Below are positions 12,649 through 26,129 of a DNA stretch of 64,000 bases, piece by piece (positions within the stretch are counted from its first letter, which is position 1; every line of letters starts with the position of its first letter). Both the position numbers and the translations under genes were made by a program. Source of the DNA: Botryllus schlosseri (lineage: Eukaryota); NCBI GenBank assembly GCA_051294905.1, contig CM119371.1:37636001-37700000 (forward strand), in the 5' to 3' direction. A model generated the notes under the pieces. That model had not been told where the DNA came from. It did not search any database and worked only from the letters and a program-made list of their open reading frames with translations.

Positions 12649-14834
12649 ATGAAGTTCGTCGCGATTTTACTACTATGTTCTGTCAATTTTATCGGTGAGT
12701 TCGGTTACAAACTACCAGTCTTTCTCGCTCAGAGCTTGTTAAGCAGCAGTCGGAAATTAGTTTTCCGTGGAACAGGCAACTCACCAACTGTTGTTTTCAT
12801 TCAGTTCATGCGCAAGACTGGGGGAAAGATCCGGCCATCGAATCGGTAACGTTTCCTTTATTTCATTCAACCCCCTAGCTCTTGTAGAGATCTGAAACCT
12901 GCGATGATGATGTTGTTATTTGTGGTATTTATGGTGTTAGTCGACTACTGTGTAGTCGCTTACACAAGGTCAATTTTCTTCATTTTTATTCCATGATGCC
13001 GACTTGTAGCACGGCCTATGCTTCTCTCTTCTTTTATAAGACACCGTTTACGCGGATGATATGGCGAGGAGGAGCCTAGATAAACCTCCATCACTTAGGT
13101 AGGAATTCTGGAGTCGACTTCGGTCTGACTCGAACCCGCAACCCATTGGGGTTCCAGCTGTGGATTATACCTCGCGACGTTAACTGGAGACTTGTTTGCG
13201 ACCGAAACCTACGCATGACATTCCAATTACGACATTTCTACGACTATCCAATATTATGTCCTCAGGGTGAGGGTGTTAGGGGCTTCGAATCAGTGCGCCG
13301 TCATATCATGTAGTTGATTTTATATTTGAAGATCGAGATACATTTATTTTTGTGTAATGAAATTAACCAATATCTTACGTCAGTCATATTCATATATTGG
13401 TGTCAAGTAGTGTATTTGTTTGACATACACCCTAGCGTTGGATGCAAATTTTGTGAACGGCATTTCCAGCTACCAAATTGTAATTTCACACCCTGTCAAT
13501 GAGTGCAATGGGTCGAAAAGAGTTAAATATACTACTCATTGGGTGGATATATTCCCAGGGTGTGATGTATTCATACGTTCGTCGATTTACTGAGGTGGTA
13601 GACGAAAATAAAAGCACGGCACCTCTTGGAGATTTATATCAATATCAATTGGTGTACCATCGTTCCAGAACCCAAATCCTCTAGCGTAGACAGTCGTATT
13701 ATTGAATCAGCCGTCATTACTGGAATCATCCAGCCATTTGATATAAAAAAATGAATCTTTACTTTCAGCGGAATTAAAGGCGATAAGTTGTATTTTCAAT
13801 TGTGTGATAGCTAGCACTGAGAGGAATCTCATTTTTTTCACATCTTGTCGAAATTTTCAAGTGTCATGTGCATTCTTTGGGTTATATTCTGGTCAATATT
13901 TCGCTTCGTTGACCACTACAGTCATGGTACTAGTTTCATTTATTTTTTCACAATGCATCTTAAAAAGTCACACCTGCATTTTTCCCATCAGATGTGCCTG
14001 AGTTCAATGACAGGTTGACTATAGTGTTCGAGTTATATTAAATGTATTCTTGGCAATTATTCTAGTTCTGTACCGCAATTCAGCTAAACGAACTGAAGAA
14101 CTGCACCAGCAAGAAAATAATAAAATTTCGTAGAGTTGCTCACTTAATTTTCTCTATTCAGAATAGCAACATTTCTGGCCCCCTCTTTATAACAGGTATT
14201 TTACCGAGCTCCAGGGCAAGTAACCTTTCAAATAGTGCCTTCGATGGGCCACCAGAGGCCAATAAGAGTTCCTCACCAATCGCGTGCGGTCCCGCCTGTT
14301 CGTGAGCAAGCCATAGTTCCTCACCATCAATCACGTGCAGTATCACCTGTTCGCGAGCAAGCCATGGTTCCGCAGATATCACGTGCAGTCCCGCTTTTTC
14401 GTGAGCAAGACATACTTCCTCATCAACGACGTGCGGTCCCGCCTTCTCGTGAGCATGCCATGGTTCCTTACCAATCACATTTTGTCCCGCATTTTCGTGA
14501 GCAAGCCAGGGTTCCTCACCCATCACGTGCTGTCTGGCCTGTTCGTGAGCGAGCCATGGATCCTTTCAAATCACGTGCAGTGCCACCAGTTCACGAGCAG
14601 GCCATGGCTCTTCACCAATCACGCTCGGCCCCACCGACTCGTGAGCTAGCCAGGGCTCCGCACCAATCACGTGCAACGCCACTGTTTCATGAGCAAGCTA
14701 TGATTCCTCACCAATCCTATGCGGTATCTCCACAATCATTCGGAGTTATGTGGCCATTTTCGCACCGATACAACCGTAAAAGAAGAAGCATCGAGTCGGG
14801 ATCAAGGATTGAACGCCAGACTTTGGTCAGTTAA
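12649..14834 (+). CDS. Secreted repeat proprotein. Exons 12649-12694, 12805-12845, probably 14162-14195, and 14236-14834 (or spliced at 14825 to the lectin exon at 15591)
   Basis: Signal peptide MKFVAILLLCSVNFIVHA-QDWGKDPAIES across phase-consistent GT-AG junctions. The large exon has nine full and one partial 16-aa repeats (HQSRAVPPVREQAMVP) followed by RKRR at 14775-14786. AATAAA occurs near 14967 and 15011. The middle exons are uncertain. Confidence 0.65.
12920..13170 (-). mobile_element. tRNA-derived SINE (intronic)
   Basis: Homologous to 190-455; box B-like GGTTCGAGTCA on the minus strand. Confidence 0.75.
14274..14735 (+). repeat. Coding minisatellite, 48-bp unit, about 9.5 copies
   Basis: Consensus approximately CACCAATCACGTGCAGTCCCGCCTGTTCGTGAGCAAGCCATGGTTCCT. 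The reading frame is kept through all units, including one 3-bp insertion. Confidence 0.9.
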
Positions 14835-15590
14835 TTAGCCACGCGCTTGGGTGTGGCGGTGAAATCAGAGCACTCCGTGCAATCAACAGCAAACTTTGTA
14901 AACTTGGTGGCGGTCGTGTTATGGAAGATTTCATTTGGAAGTTGGTCAACGCCTTACCAAGGACGAAATAAACCGTTTCGAATATTGTTGTAACTTTTAC
15001 CATTTCACCAAATAAATGGTGACGTAATGTCGGCCGACGTTGAGATGCGTGCTACATATATTTAGAGCTCAGTGCCCATTTATTACAAATGCCACGAAGA
15101 AATATTATGACGGCGACATCTTAATATTCAGCTTAACCGGTACACGAAATTGTGCTGCGCATTGGGGTATATTTGCTATCAAAAGCGATAATCGAATAGT
15201 CAACTCGACTCGAATCCTAATATCGACTAAAAGTTAATTATCGAACGAAAATAATAGTTTTGATATGATATTATCCACTGTGGATGCCTTAAAACCGGAA
15301 TTTATCGCATCGCGGCATACAGCTACGTACGTACGTTAGTTGAAATTAAATATATCTGCCGAGATGAATCCCCAGTATTTTTACAAAGAGCAGTAACTTT
15401 GGTATGGTCGAAAAATACCAAATAACCGTCAACGCGGAACAGCACCGGCATTATATTCTTTAGGCGCAGGTTACGCAGGTTAAAAGGTCAAATTACGCAA
15501 GTCTCTGAACCCGCGTAACAGCCGACGCGTTGAGCAGGGCTCGTAATGAGCCGACAAATCGACTTGAAACGAAACAAATGTTTTTCTCAG

Positions 15591-15724
15591 CAGTCGGTTT
15601 TGATGACGCGCAACGGATGCCGCTATGGAATCTACCGAACGCCACTAAAGGAGGCAGAGAGTTTGTGCTCGGGATTGGGCGCTCGACTGCTCCGTACCAA
15701 TGTGAAGACACCCAGCGACAATAG
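15591..15724 (+). CDS. Isolated exon encoding the N-terminal half of a divergent C-type lectin domain
   Basis: TTCTCAG| QSVLMTRNGCRYGIYRTPLKEAESLCSGLGARLLRTNVKTPSDNR |GTAAG. The C-x-Y...A...C...GARL pattern and the phase 0 to phase 2 boundaries match lectin exon 5 (39372-39532). No convincing partner exon 6 was found. Confidence 0.55.
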
Positions 15725-16219
15725 GTAAGCTAGGCGCCAACGCATTAATCAAACTCCCTCAGGTGCTGCTCATTGCAGACTTGGAGAACTAGATAAATAT
15801 AAGTATTGTCCAATTCGAGCAAATGCCGCTAATCTAATTCCAATCTAAATTTTGAAATGTTTTATGCTCTAATTTCAAGCCTTATCTAATTTCTGGTTTT
15901 CCTGAAAATGATACAGGAGAACTGTATAGTGCGAAACGAGCCTAGCTTGATGTACAGACATTTGTTACTCTCGTGCGAGTGAGAAGGAACTTGGGCTTGA
16001 TATGAACTAATTGGAATTGTATTCGATTTCAAAGTTTTTGCGAAGTCAATAATTCTAATTCTATGCTATTTTGAGAAAGCCGAAAATATTCTAGTTGACC
16101 TCTGTTAAACCTTGGTTGAATGGTTCGATATTTGATCTTTTCCAGACTGCTGGCAAATATGTTCGACTTACTTCGATCTGGGGCAGTTTCCACAAACGGC
16201 AAAGAGAAGCAAACGCGAC

Positions 16220-18070
16220 GGGAACACTGGGATCGTGATGACGTTATGTTTCGAGAAAGTATTTGTGAATTATGTCCGTGAACTGTCGCTCAAGTTTCTG
16301 AACCGTGTGCAGAAACCTTACCGTTATTATATCGAGCATTTCGAGAATGTTATAATAGAGCACATGAACATGGCGACGAGTTTGTTTGGAACGAGATCTA
16401 ACGATAAGGCGACAATTACAAAGCCCAGGGGGCAAGATATGTGTTACGAAAAGTAACTTGTGCGTAACTGTTTGCTGTTGTTCTCGTCATTGCCGAGGCT
16501 CGACGACCTTTATTGCTTACGCACTTTTACAAAAATCATCCGAAAGTATGGTGTCATGATATCTCCACTGTCTGCGGACAGTAGGGTCGGGCCGAACATT
16601 CGTGTATCAGTTTTGAGCAGTCGATCCGAATCCAGTAATGAGAGATATTGTCTCGGGCACAGAAAAGACAAGCTTCATATTATTTATATACGACAATTGT
16701 GATGGTAATCATTTCTTTCCATAATGAAAAGTCTTAAATAGATGTAGCTTGCATTGCTGAATGTACTTGGTGGTCGTAGTAAAAGTATATGTGTTTGCAT
16801 AGGCTGTATCAAGTAAAAGTCAGTAGTTCTCCAATACATGACCCGAAGCTTCATACTCGACTCCGCATCGAATCACTCCAAGTACTCGATTCTGCCTTTG
16901 AAATGAGCGAAATGTCGTAAGATGTCGTCACGTCAACTCTCGGGTAAAATTATGCCGATTCCACGCCTCTTTGCTGTTCGGCCCTCGGGGGAAGTTTGAT
17001 CTAGCTTCGAAGCAGGCAGACGATGGTACCACCGTCGCATGATTTTCAGGGCGATAATCTTCACGGGAAGGTAATTTTAGGGCACTGCCTTTCTGTGTGT
17101 TATTTACTCTCACTTCCGTTCGAAGTGGTCGATTTTTTTCGCGGATTCGTCTAAGTCGGAGTAGATGTGGGTTAACGCTAGCGCAATGGAATTCTGCTAG
17201 TCTTGCCTGTCGCGTGATGTAGTCAACATAGTATATCAATTCCATTGACATTCTCTTTAAGGGTAATCCAGATCCCATTGACCAAGGGTAGATCTGAATA
17301 TAATATTAGGACAGCCTGTAGCTGCACTGCATTCTACCAACCATGAAACATTTTCCATCGTCGCGCGATCTTCATTGGTGGGTTAATCATAATCGCAATG
17401 ACAATCATTCGTAATTAATATGATAGATTGTTTTTCGGAAACCAATTTAGTTCGGAAAGGCACAAAAATTTTGTAAACGGTAATAGCTTTCCAGCAGACA
17501 AATTAATGACCCGAATTGATAATATCGGGTAGCGATTCTGCAGACAGCAGACTTCTACCTGAGCAATGGGTTAGCACTCCAATCATTCAAGTGTTCCAAT
17601 ATCTCAAATGCTGCTGGATTATTGATATCTAACAAATCTCTTGTCGTTAATTGTAGAAATTGTCAAATTGTGCATATCCCAAAACACAGGTTGGAACTCA
17701 ACCGGGTCTTGTTTATCTGTCATGAGATATATATGATATGACGACGGCGTTTTCAAACTATGTTTTGAAGGTGGTTATCCAAGTCAAGAATCACCCAAAC
17801 AGCATTGTGACATTGATATAAATCTCATTTAACGAACCGCACTCACGTGCTCAAATCAGGTGCTTTAAAGTTGCGATGGTAAGTTTTAAAGTGACTATAT
17901 TGCACTACTTGTTTAGATATGTTTTCTGTTCTTTTGACACAGTCTGATTGTGACGATGTAAATAGCCCTCGAGCGCATTCGGGCGACACAGGCACGCATA
18001 ATATGGTATCTACGGCTCAGCATTTGCCCACGAACAGCTCTTTTTTAAATGAGGTGCGCATTTAGGTGAC
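16220..18070. repeat. Intergenic block X, copy 1 (unknown origin)
   Basis: Anchors AACACTGGGAT, TTTGGAACGAGATCTAACGATAAG, CTAGCTTCGAAG..GGCAGACG and GGCGACACAGGC are shared with copies at 22.7-25.6 kb and 32.3-35.7 kb, and partly with 41.0-41.4 kb plus 50.2-52.5 kb. Confidence 0.75.
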
Positions 18071-18601
18071 ATATTTCCTGCTTTTCTGCACCGAGGCACT
18101 TTAGCGACCACTTGGAAACTTTGATTGCAACACGGATTTTCCTGTCCCGCTCTTTAATCAGATAAATCAATAGTTATGACGTCACGCTGCACTTGACCGC
18201 AGGAAGGTCTGCCTCACTTGATCTGGACGACCAAGGGGGCGGGGGACTGATTGACATAAATGTTTAAGACTCGGACAACCTATTTGTTGCATTTCACTGT
18301 GTTGACTTCGAGGTCACAGAATTCGATAAATTTCGCGAGACCTTACTTCTAGTTTTACGGTGCACTCAAATTTGGTTTCCCTATTTCCGCCACCCATTCA
18401 ACATTTTATATATATGTTTATACCACTTCCACTTGACACTGCTACTTTAGGGTAGGTAAAACTAGGCCCCGAGTACTTGCATTTTACGTACATGGAGATA
18501 GCTATTACTGTTACTTTTACAAGAGTATCCAAATTCATGATATTTTTTCTACTTCTACTTGCGTAGTCAACATGTCAACATGTGTGAGCATTCCTGATGG
18601 T

Positions 18602-19477
18602 TAGGGCGATTTTGTATGTATGTCAAAACAAGTCAAAGTTTTGTCAAAATTGTAACGTTATGTCGAACAGGTAATTAATTAAATTGTCCAAAATGTTTAC
18701 AAAGTCAAAAAATATTCGCAACCACATTTCGTTTGTATCGTAGATGTTTGCACTGTCGGTGAACTTATCATTTGTAAAGTAGCTTGTAGCCTACTTTATA
18801 GGCCTACCGTTGTAGACGACCCATTGTCTGCTCATTGTGAATCATAAACGGTGAAATTAAACAAATTGGTTGACATGGTATTATGCTCAATATACCACAA
18901 TATCGAAGCAAGACTGCGTGGGCATTGGTTCTTATATCAAGTAGTGCATGATGGAAAATTGTGATGTAGACAACGTCATCAGAATGAAGCAACACGGTTT
19001 GTCACCAGCAGCGTAAGAACAACTTCCGTGCTGCCAGCCCACAACTGACTGTTGCTGTTGAACGTTCTTTCTTAATTCTTGGCAAGCTACTTAGTAAGGA
19101 CAAATACTTTCTACCAGAGAATGTAGGAAAGTATCCTTCGTTGTACTGCAACAAATTTAAATGATGTCTACGATAATGCATGATGTATCTACTTGAATTC
19201 TTCATTGGTCCAGATGTCGGTAAAATTAAGTTTTTCATGTAAAATTTGTAAGTTTTTAGGTCAAATAATTTTTCTCACGCCAATCTACTTCGTAACAATA
19301 GACAGTTCGAACCATAAATGAAGATAAGTAATACAATTCTAACATTATGTTGGTAAAATACCTAATTTACATACATGATGTCAAAATTTGTCAAAAGTAA
19401 TTTTTTGAGGTGAAAAAATGTCAAAATTTTGATATTTTAGGTCAAAATCTTTCTTTTTCAGGTAAAAAATCGCCCTA
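18602..19477 (+). mobile_element. Non-autonomous hAT element with a transposase C-terminal remnant (copy 2)
   Basis: TIRs TAGGGCGATTTT and AAAATCGCCCTA. Encodes ..VAVERSFLILGKLLSKDKYFLPENVGKY.. at ~19050-19155. Confidence 0.75.
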
Positions 19478-19758
19478 TCGATGATTAAACGTGGTTTCAA
19501 GTTTGTAGTTGAATCCACGAGCAATCTCGTTTGAGGGTGGTGATGAAAGCGGAAAATCAATAATTCGAGTAAATATTTTGCGAAATTCAGAAATTAGATA
19601 CGTTAATGGACATGTTCCTCGGCAGGTGTAACAAAAGCTTCGCCAATTGGCAGAAGATTGGAAGCTATAGCTATCCGAAAACGCACCGAACGTACAGATA
19701 TTCACCGGTAGTTGAGTGCAGTCGAGACAGGAGGCTGTTTTCAGATCGTTTGTGGTGA

Positions 19759-19956
19759 ATGAAGATAGTCGGGATTTTTCTATGTTTGTCTTTCGATTTT
19801 ATCGGTGAATTTTGTTGCAAACTCCACATATTTTCGCAAAGAGCTTATTCAGCAAAACTCACGAATAAATGTTCGGATGTGCTGACACTTCAGCAAATAT
19901 TTTGATCGTTCAGTTTACGAGGGAGAGTATAGGAAAACGATCCTGATGTAGAATGG
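19759..19956 (+). pseudogene. Frameshifted 5' paralog of the 12649 repeat-protein gene (exons 19759-19804 and 19914-19956)
   Basis: MKIVGIFLCLSFDFI|GTGAAT, with a promoter (19585-19750) homologous to 12480-12640. Exon 2 is 43 nt against 41 nt in the paralog, which shifts the frame into TAG. Confidence 0.7.
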
Positions 19957-22669
19957 GTAACGTGATCCTTATTTCATTCGACAAACTCATGCTCGATAAA
20001 GGAGCTAATACGCGAGTTCGCTTTACACGGTGCATTTTCTTACGATTTAAATATTGCGTGGCACGCGAAACAACTTAATACCAACTTGGACTAGCGTGTT
20101 GACTTGACCATCTGTCACTTATTAATTAAAATTTATATTTTAAGCATCAAATGTTTCCGCACTCGACTCGGACCCGTCATTGTGACAAATTGGTTCATTC
20201 AATAACATTTGATAAGAGTGATAATCGAATCCGTTTCGGAAGCATAATATCACTTTTACGAAGTTTTTTATTTATTTACATTGCATAATTATTCAGGTGT
20301 CTCATGATGGGTGTCAGATTGAAAGAGTTCAAGCCGTTTCGATTGTGTACGATCTATTCAATTTATCGAAATCTTCAGGTGTTTTGGAATAATGAAATTA
20401 ATCATAAAACTGGGCTGAACTGATGTCAATAAACGTAAGCAAAAGGTCACGTATAAAGATAAATCTTATTTGTGGCGTGGGATTGCTAGTTTGATAGGGT
20501 ACAAATTATAATATTTTCCACAGGCGTGGTTGATTGCATTTCGAATCTATGCACAGGCGTATTAAGGAGTTGGTTCATATTATAAAGTCCACAGATTCTT
20601 GTTCCCATGAAATGATCCAGTTTCCAATGTCTGTAAAATGCAAACTTAATTAGGGCTTATAGGTCGAGCACCTGGACTTTAAGTGGACCATGGTAGTCGG
20701 GTATGGCTCATTATAAACTCACAATGGTTAGGATGTTGTGGAATGTGTAGATATGTGACGACAAAAAAAATGATGCGGTTTGCGACAATACAACGCGTAC
20801 TTCTGCTCGTCCGTAGTACTCATGTAGGTTTATCTACTAGTGTCGCTTACTCAAGTAGCAGTGATTGCACACTACTCTTAATTTCTTTGATGCCGAAATA
20901 CCAAGTATTGCGTATATCGTTTTTGAATACACTTTAACGAAGGATTGATAAGAAGTTGAGAATCCACACGGTTTTTAGGACGCAACCCTAAATTTGAGTT
21001 TTATAATTACCTCGTGACCCAACCCTCACGTAACAAAAAGACGGAATTCTATGAACCATGCTTTTCTTATCAAAAAGATCATCGATAACAGTGAGATTGA
21101 CGTCCGTGGAATTTCTCCTTTACAGTATTTGTAATGTAGCCTCATTTATATTTTGCGCATCAATGATCTCCATCTGTTTCCAAGTCACGAACTCTTCGTG
21201 GCAAATTTTCGAGCTCACGGATCGCCGAATTGTCCGGAGTATGGATTGACTTTGAAAAACCAAGCACTGAACAATGTTCAGTGAACATTGGACAGCCATG
21301 TTCACCCTTAACATGCGAACACGGCTTATCTAAACTGTCTCCGCCTCGCTCTACCCATTTTGCCCACCGTCCACTGCTCTCACTTTCTACCCACTATGTC
21401 CAGTGCGCACTTTTGCGAACCATTGGTGCTGATCATACTTACGACCGTGCTCGGGTATTTTTGGTGTTTCACCAGTGTTCAGGAACCGACAAATTCTCAA
21501 ATAGAACCTTCGACGAACGCCAGAAAGCCGATTGGTGAGAAAGGTACGTGAAGTCTCGCCTAATAGTGAGAAAGCAGTCATGGTCAAAGATTCAACGCGT
21601 GACTTCGGTGAGTTACTTCTCAATTGGCCGCATGTGCGGAGCCCTTACACCGGTGCACGGGTCTCTAACACCAAGGTCGTTACTAGCCAAGTTTTCAACT
21701 TGGTGATAGACTTAGTTGTTAATGAAGGAAGAATACTGTGTCTGATCATGTTTTAAATTAAAGGGCACTGCGCTCTAAATTCGTTGTGGTCTCAAATTAA
21801 GGACGGAAGTGTGAAGCAGTTTGTGGCAGCAAACATATTCTTCAGAAAGCCACCATATTAAAACTGCAAAGTTACACGAGCTTCACTTCCCAATGATTAT
21901 ATCTGTGGCGTGGAGATCACGCGTAATCTCATCCCGTTGCGAAATTTTTGCACGCATTCATATCACTACGTTACAAAGTACCTATTGTCAGATATTCGAC
22001 TGCTGATATTATCAAGGAACTATGCCACACGATACCACAGCGGTGTACCCCACTGGTACGCGACTCATACCTTCATGATATCAGCTGAGAAATATCTCAA
22101 ATTACCATCTTTTTTCGCGACAAGACAGCGATACGTGCTAGAAGTATTTAGTGAGCAGTACCACTTTAATACAAAGCCACCAATTAAATATTGCGATTGT
22201 GACAAACTAACTCTTCAGTATGAACAGTATCCGAAATAGAGTATAGGGTTTTGCAGCGACGAATGATACGGTACATTTGATGTCTTGCCACGGACTATAC
22301 ACATTAATTTGAGTGCTCGAAGGGAATCGACTAATAATTGTAACGATTCGCAAGTAAATAAATTGGACGGTGCCCCTGGGTTAATTTATAACGTGAATTG
22401 CAGCTGTGACACTATGTAATCCATGTATTTCAACTCAGCGTCCAAAACGTGTTGTACAAGGCTTGGCAAGTTACAACGATGCCACATTTCTGTGAAATAT
22501 TAATTTACGCCCAGCATTATAAAAAAGGCGCTATTGAGCAGATTTTTCGAAAATACCAAATCACCTTTAATATCTGTGATAGTCAGACTTATTTTATTTA
22601 TGATCGCATAAAAGTTACATATATTTAAACATTTCGAGTCATTCATATTGCGTTGACATCATAATGAGT

Positions 22670-25580
22670 TGTATTCGAAATCTATAGATTTTCCTAATAC
22701 TCGTTCCGGTATCGAATCAGTAACGAACTCGAGTCATTCAACCCCTTAATCCGCTTCAATGCCACATATGCTTGTATCACAAGACGCAATATAATATCTC
22801 GCGTGGTAAAAGTCGGATTAAATCAACTTGGAATCCATGCACGACATAGTAGGTATTGATGAGGAACAAAGGCTGGCCTTTCAATCTGAAGTAATTGTCT
22901 CAAATGTCGTTATATACTCCAATGTTGGATATTTTCCAGAATGCTGTAGGCCTATCATATGGACGGACCACATCGGTATGGACCCGTGCTTCATAACCAA
23001 ATTCGTGAAGAACACTGGGATAGTGATGACGCCACATTTCGAGAAATCACTCGCGAAATTCACCCTTGCAGTTTAAACCGCGCATACGGAAACCCTATCG
23101 CTATTTTATCTGGAATTACGTGAGTACTAGAATAGAACATAGCAACTTGGCGACGAGTTCGTTTGGAACGAAATCTAACGATAAGACGACAATTTCAAAG
23201 CCCAGGGGGCAGGATACATTTTACAAAAAGTGTGTGAATCTAATGCTGAGTGTTGTTCTCACCATATCCGATACCAGCCGGAATTCTGGCCGCTTTCTAT
23301 CGACGGATTTTCTCGCGCATTTTCAAAAGTCAATCGATAGTTTCACGTCGTCCAAACATCATTAATTATAGCAGTAGGTCGAAGCATTTCGAGTAATCGA
23401 TCCCGAATCTAATACCAATTCTGATAATTCGAATGACAGAATATTGCCGTCCACATTATTTGCGAGAAGGGAATTGAGGTTGCGGAAGTTCACACTTCGT
23501 AAAAAGTCAACGCGAGGTGGCGCATCATTTAATATATACTGCAAAAAGCCAGGATGTTTATGTACGCTGAAGGATATGCAGTGTGGTCTCAAATTGCGAT
23601 TGCAGTGACATATTATTATGTGCAATCGTTTATTATCACACATAAACATGAGTACCTGGAACTCCCATAAACAGTACGAATCCCTCCGGTATTCGATTTA
23701 GAAATTGCGGTTACTTCGTAATATGGTATCGCACCAAATCACAACGAAGATGAAGTGAATTCTTCAGTTCGGCGCTCTGGGGTAGTTTGTTCGAGCTTCG
23801 AAGCCGGCAGACGCCGGTACCACCATCGCGTTATTTTCAAGGCGGTAATTTTCACGAGATGGTTATTTTGTGATACTGCCATTCTTTGTATTATTTTCTT
23901 TCGATCCACAGTCAATGGAGTCACATTTTCTGCTGTCAAAGTCAGCACAGGCGGAAGCGAACAGCACAGCCCTTATTTTAACAAAGGATTCGTAAAAATT
24001 TAGATTTTTGCTGCGAATGGAGTAACTTCGAGTTAATCATATTCATTCGTCATCACTTTAGCAGTAACCTCGGCCCCATGGCCCTGTGTAGGATCCACTT
24101 CACAGCACGTACATGAACAATGTTTGACAAAAATCTACTAATCAATTGATCAAGGTGGCATGCGACGCAATCCAAACGTAATCGAAATGAATTTCAGTCA
24201 TAATTGTTTAAAATATATACATATAAATATTTCGCAGACAAATTCGATTCAATACCGCGCTTGAATAAAACAATATTAATGCTACCATTTTATCGTAGCA
24301 TAAAAATTATGTTTTAGACTTAATATTGTCAGGTAAAAGTATTGCAATTCTGCAATCTGCAGACTTTCACTGAAGTGAATAATTTGGAGGACTTTGTTTT
24401 GTGATACGCTGGAATGCGGGGTTACCCTGATCATTTCAATTATGATACTTATGAAATGCAGCCAAATTATCGTTGTCATTGAAATCTGATGTTGTGTGTG
24501 AGTGGTCAATATGGTCCGTACACGTCCTATAACGAGACGTGCTGTTGAACAATTCCAATTGCTTTAAAGACGAGAGTGCATAAGTGACTTTCGCACAGCC
24601 CCTTGTTTAGATCTGTTTCCCGCTGATTTGATACTGTCCACTTGTAACGATATCAGATGCCATCTGGTGTATACGGTGAACACAGATAGCGTCAGCAGCC
24701 ACTGCTCAACCTTTGGCCACGTACAGCAATTATTAAAGAAACAGAGATGATTTTAGGTGTCGTTTTTTTTCTTCTCGTCTGCAACTTGGCCTTATTGAGG
24801 CCATAAAAGTGTTCACATAGACGATTGCGAGTCATATTCGTGAGATCGACTAAAACGCAACTTCGTCAGGTTTAAGGTGTCAAAATTTGGTTATGCTGGA
24901 TCAGAAACTTTGGTTCAAACTGCGTCATAGCGGCTTTCTGTTATTTGCTCAAACCGACCCTATACTAAAAAGCTTCGGCGCGACTCTTATTTCCTCACCT
25001 ATGTCAGTGTCATTATGGTCGATCTGCTGTTACTTTTGTGATATTCGTTGTCCTTTTGAAGTGGAAAGTTAGAGACACAGCGCTTGCATAACGTCGCCTA
25101 CCGTGCAGGGCATTCATTTCTGACAGAATTCTGTCATAATCGCAATGTTCAATTTAGGACGTATGACATCTTAGCTTTGTCTGAACTATATGAACCCTGT
25201 TCGCCGAGTTTGTTATCTCATGCCATAGATTCATATAATTGTTACAGTTGGTAATTACAGACCAAGACGTACGAGTCTTTTATACGTGATCGACTAGCTT
25301 TTTACAATACGAATGTTAATATTAATTTGGCTGTATTACTGATATTTTATAACTTTACTTCATTCTCGTTATTTTGCTTTGGGGTCAGGTTGCTCGCCGG
25401 ATTATGTGTGTTTTTACCAGTGTTACTGTGAATAGAGAATATAATAATAATGCACGAGATTAATAGTAGACTTGACGCTACCGACAAAATATCCCAGTTC
25501 AACTTGAAAAGCAAGAAAACCAAAATAATTTGTTATTTAAGGCAAAGCTCGCTGAGTACTCGGGCCTCAAGCCATATGCG
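22670..25580. repeat. Intergenic block X, copy 2, upstream of the lectin pseudogene
   Basis: Collinear with 32270-35750 along its length. Confidence 0.8.
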
Positions 25581-26129
25581 AGTATTATTTGGTCTACCAC
25601 ATAGTTTGAGATGCGAAAAAGAATAAGCTTTTCGAAAATTCTGAAGGCTGCAGCATCGAAAACTACTGATTTTGAATATTTTTCGACTTATAGTACTTTT
25701 TTGACTGAAAAAGGTCATCTTTTCGATCTCTGCTCCCTAAATACCCGCAGTCCACTATTAGGGCTGGGCAAAATCAAGTACCTGAGTGATTCGATTCTGA
25801 ATCACGTATTCGAGTATCACTCATTACGACGTCACAACAGAATGTAATGGGTCAAAGTTCAAATATATGCCTTTTATGACACCACAAAGAACATAATGCC
25901 TGTTATCCGTCACATTAAAGATACTTTGGTATTCCTTCGACCATAACGATTTCATTGCACTTCTTGTCAAGATTGTGGGTTGATCCTGACTTGGGAAATG
26001 TGTTATTTCCAATAACGTTCGTAGGTTTGTGCTATGTCTCGTATTCTGCGACACGACCAATCAAAGTTTCATGGCTTCATCACTGAAAAATAGCATCACA
26101 GCTACAATCCCTTTTAGTAAATTGACTTT

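Noticed and set aside
14158..14649. ORFs 14158-14526(-) and 14335-14649(+)
   Set aside because: Shadow frames of the coding minisatellite.
14274..14735. CRISPR-like array
   Set aside because: The units are contiguous diverged 48-mers with no unique spacers, they keep a coding frame, and the context is eukaryotic with no cas genes.
14813..14971. Alternative C-terminal frame ..HALGCGGEIRALRAINSKLCKLGG..
   Set aside because: It is closed upstream by TGA at 14810 and has no convincing splice entry; treated as intron or 3' UTR.
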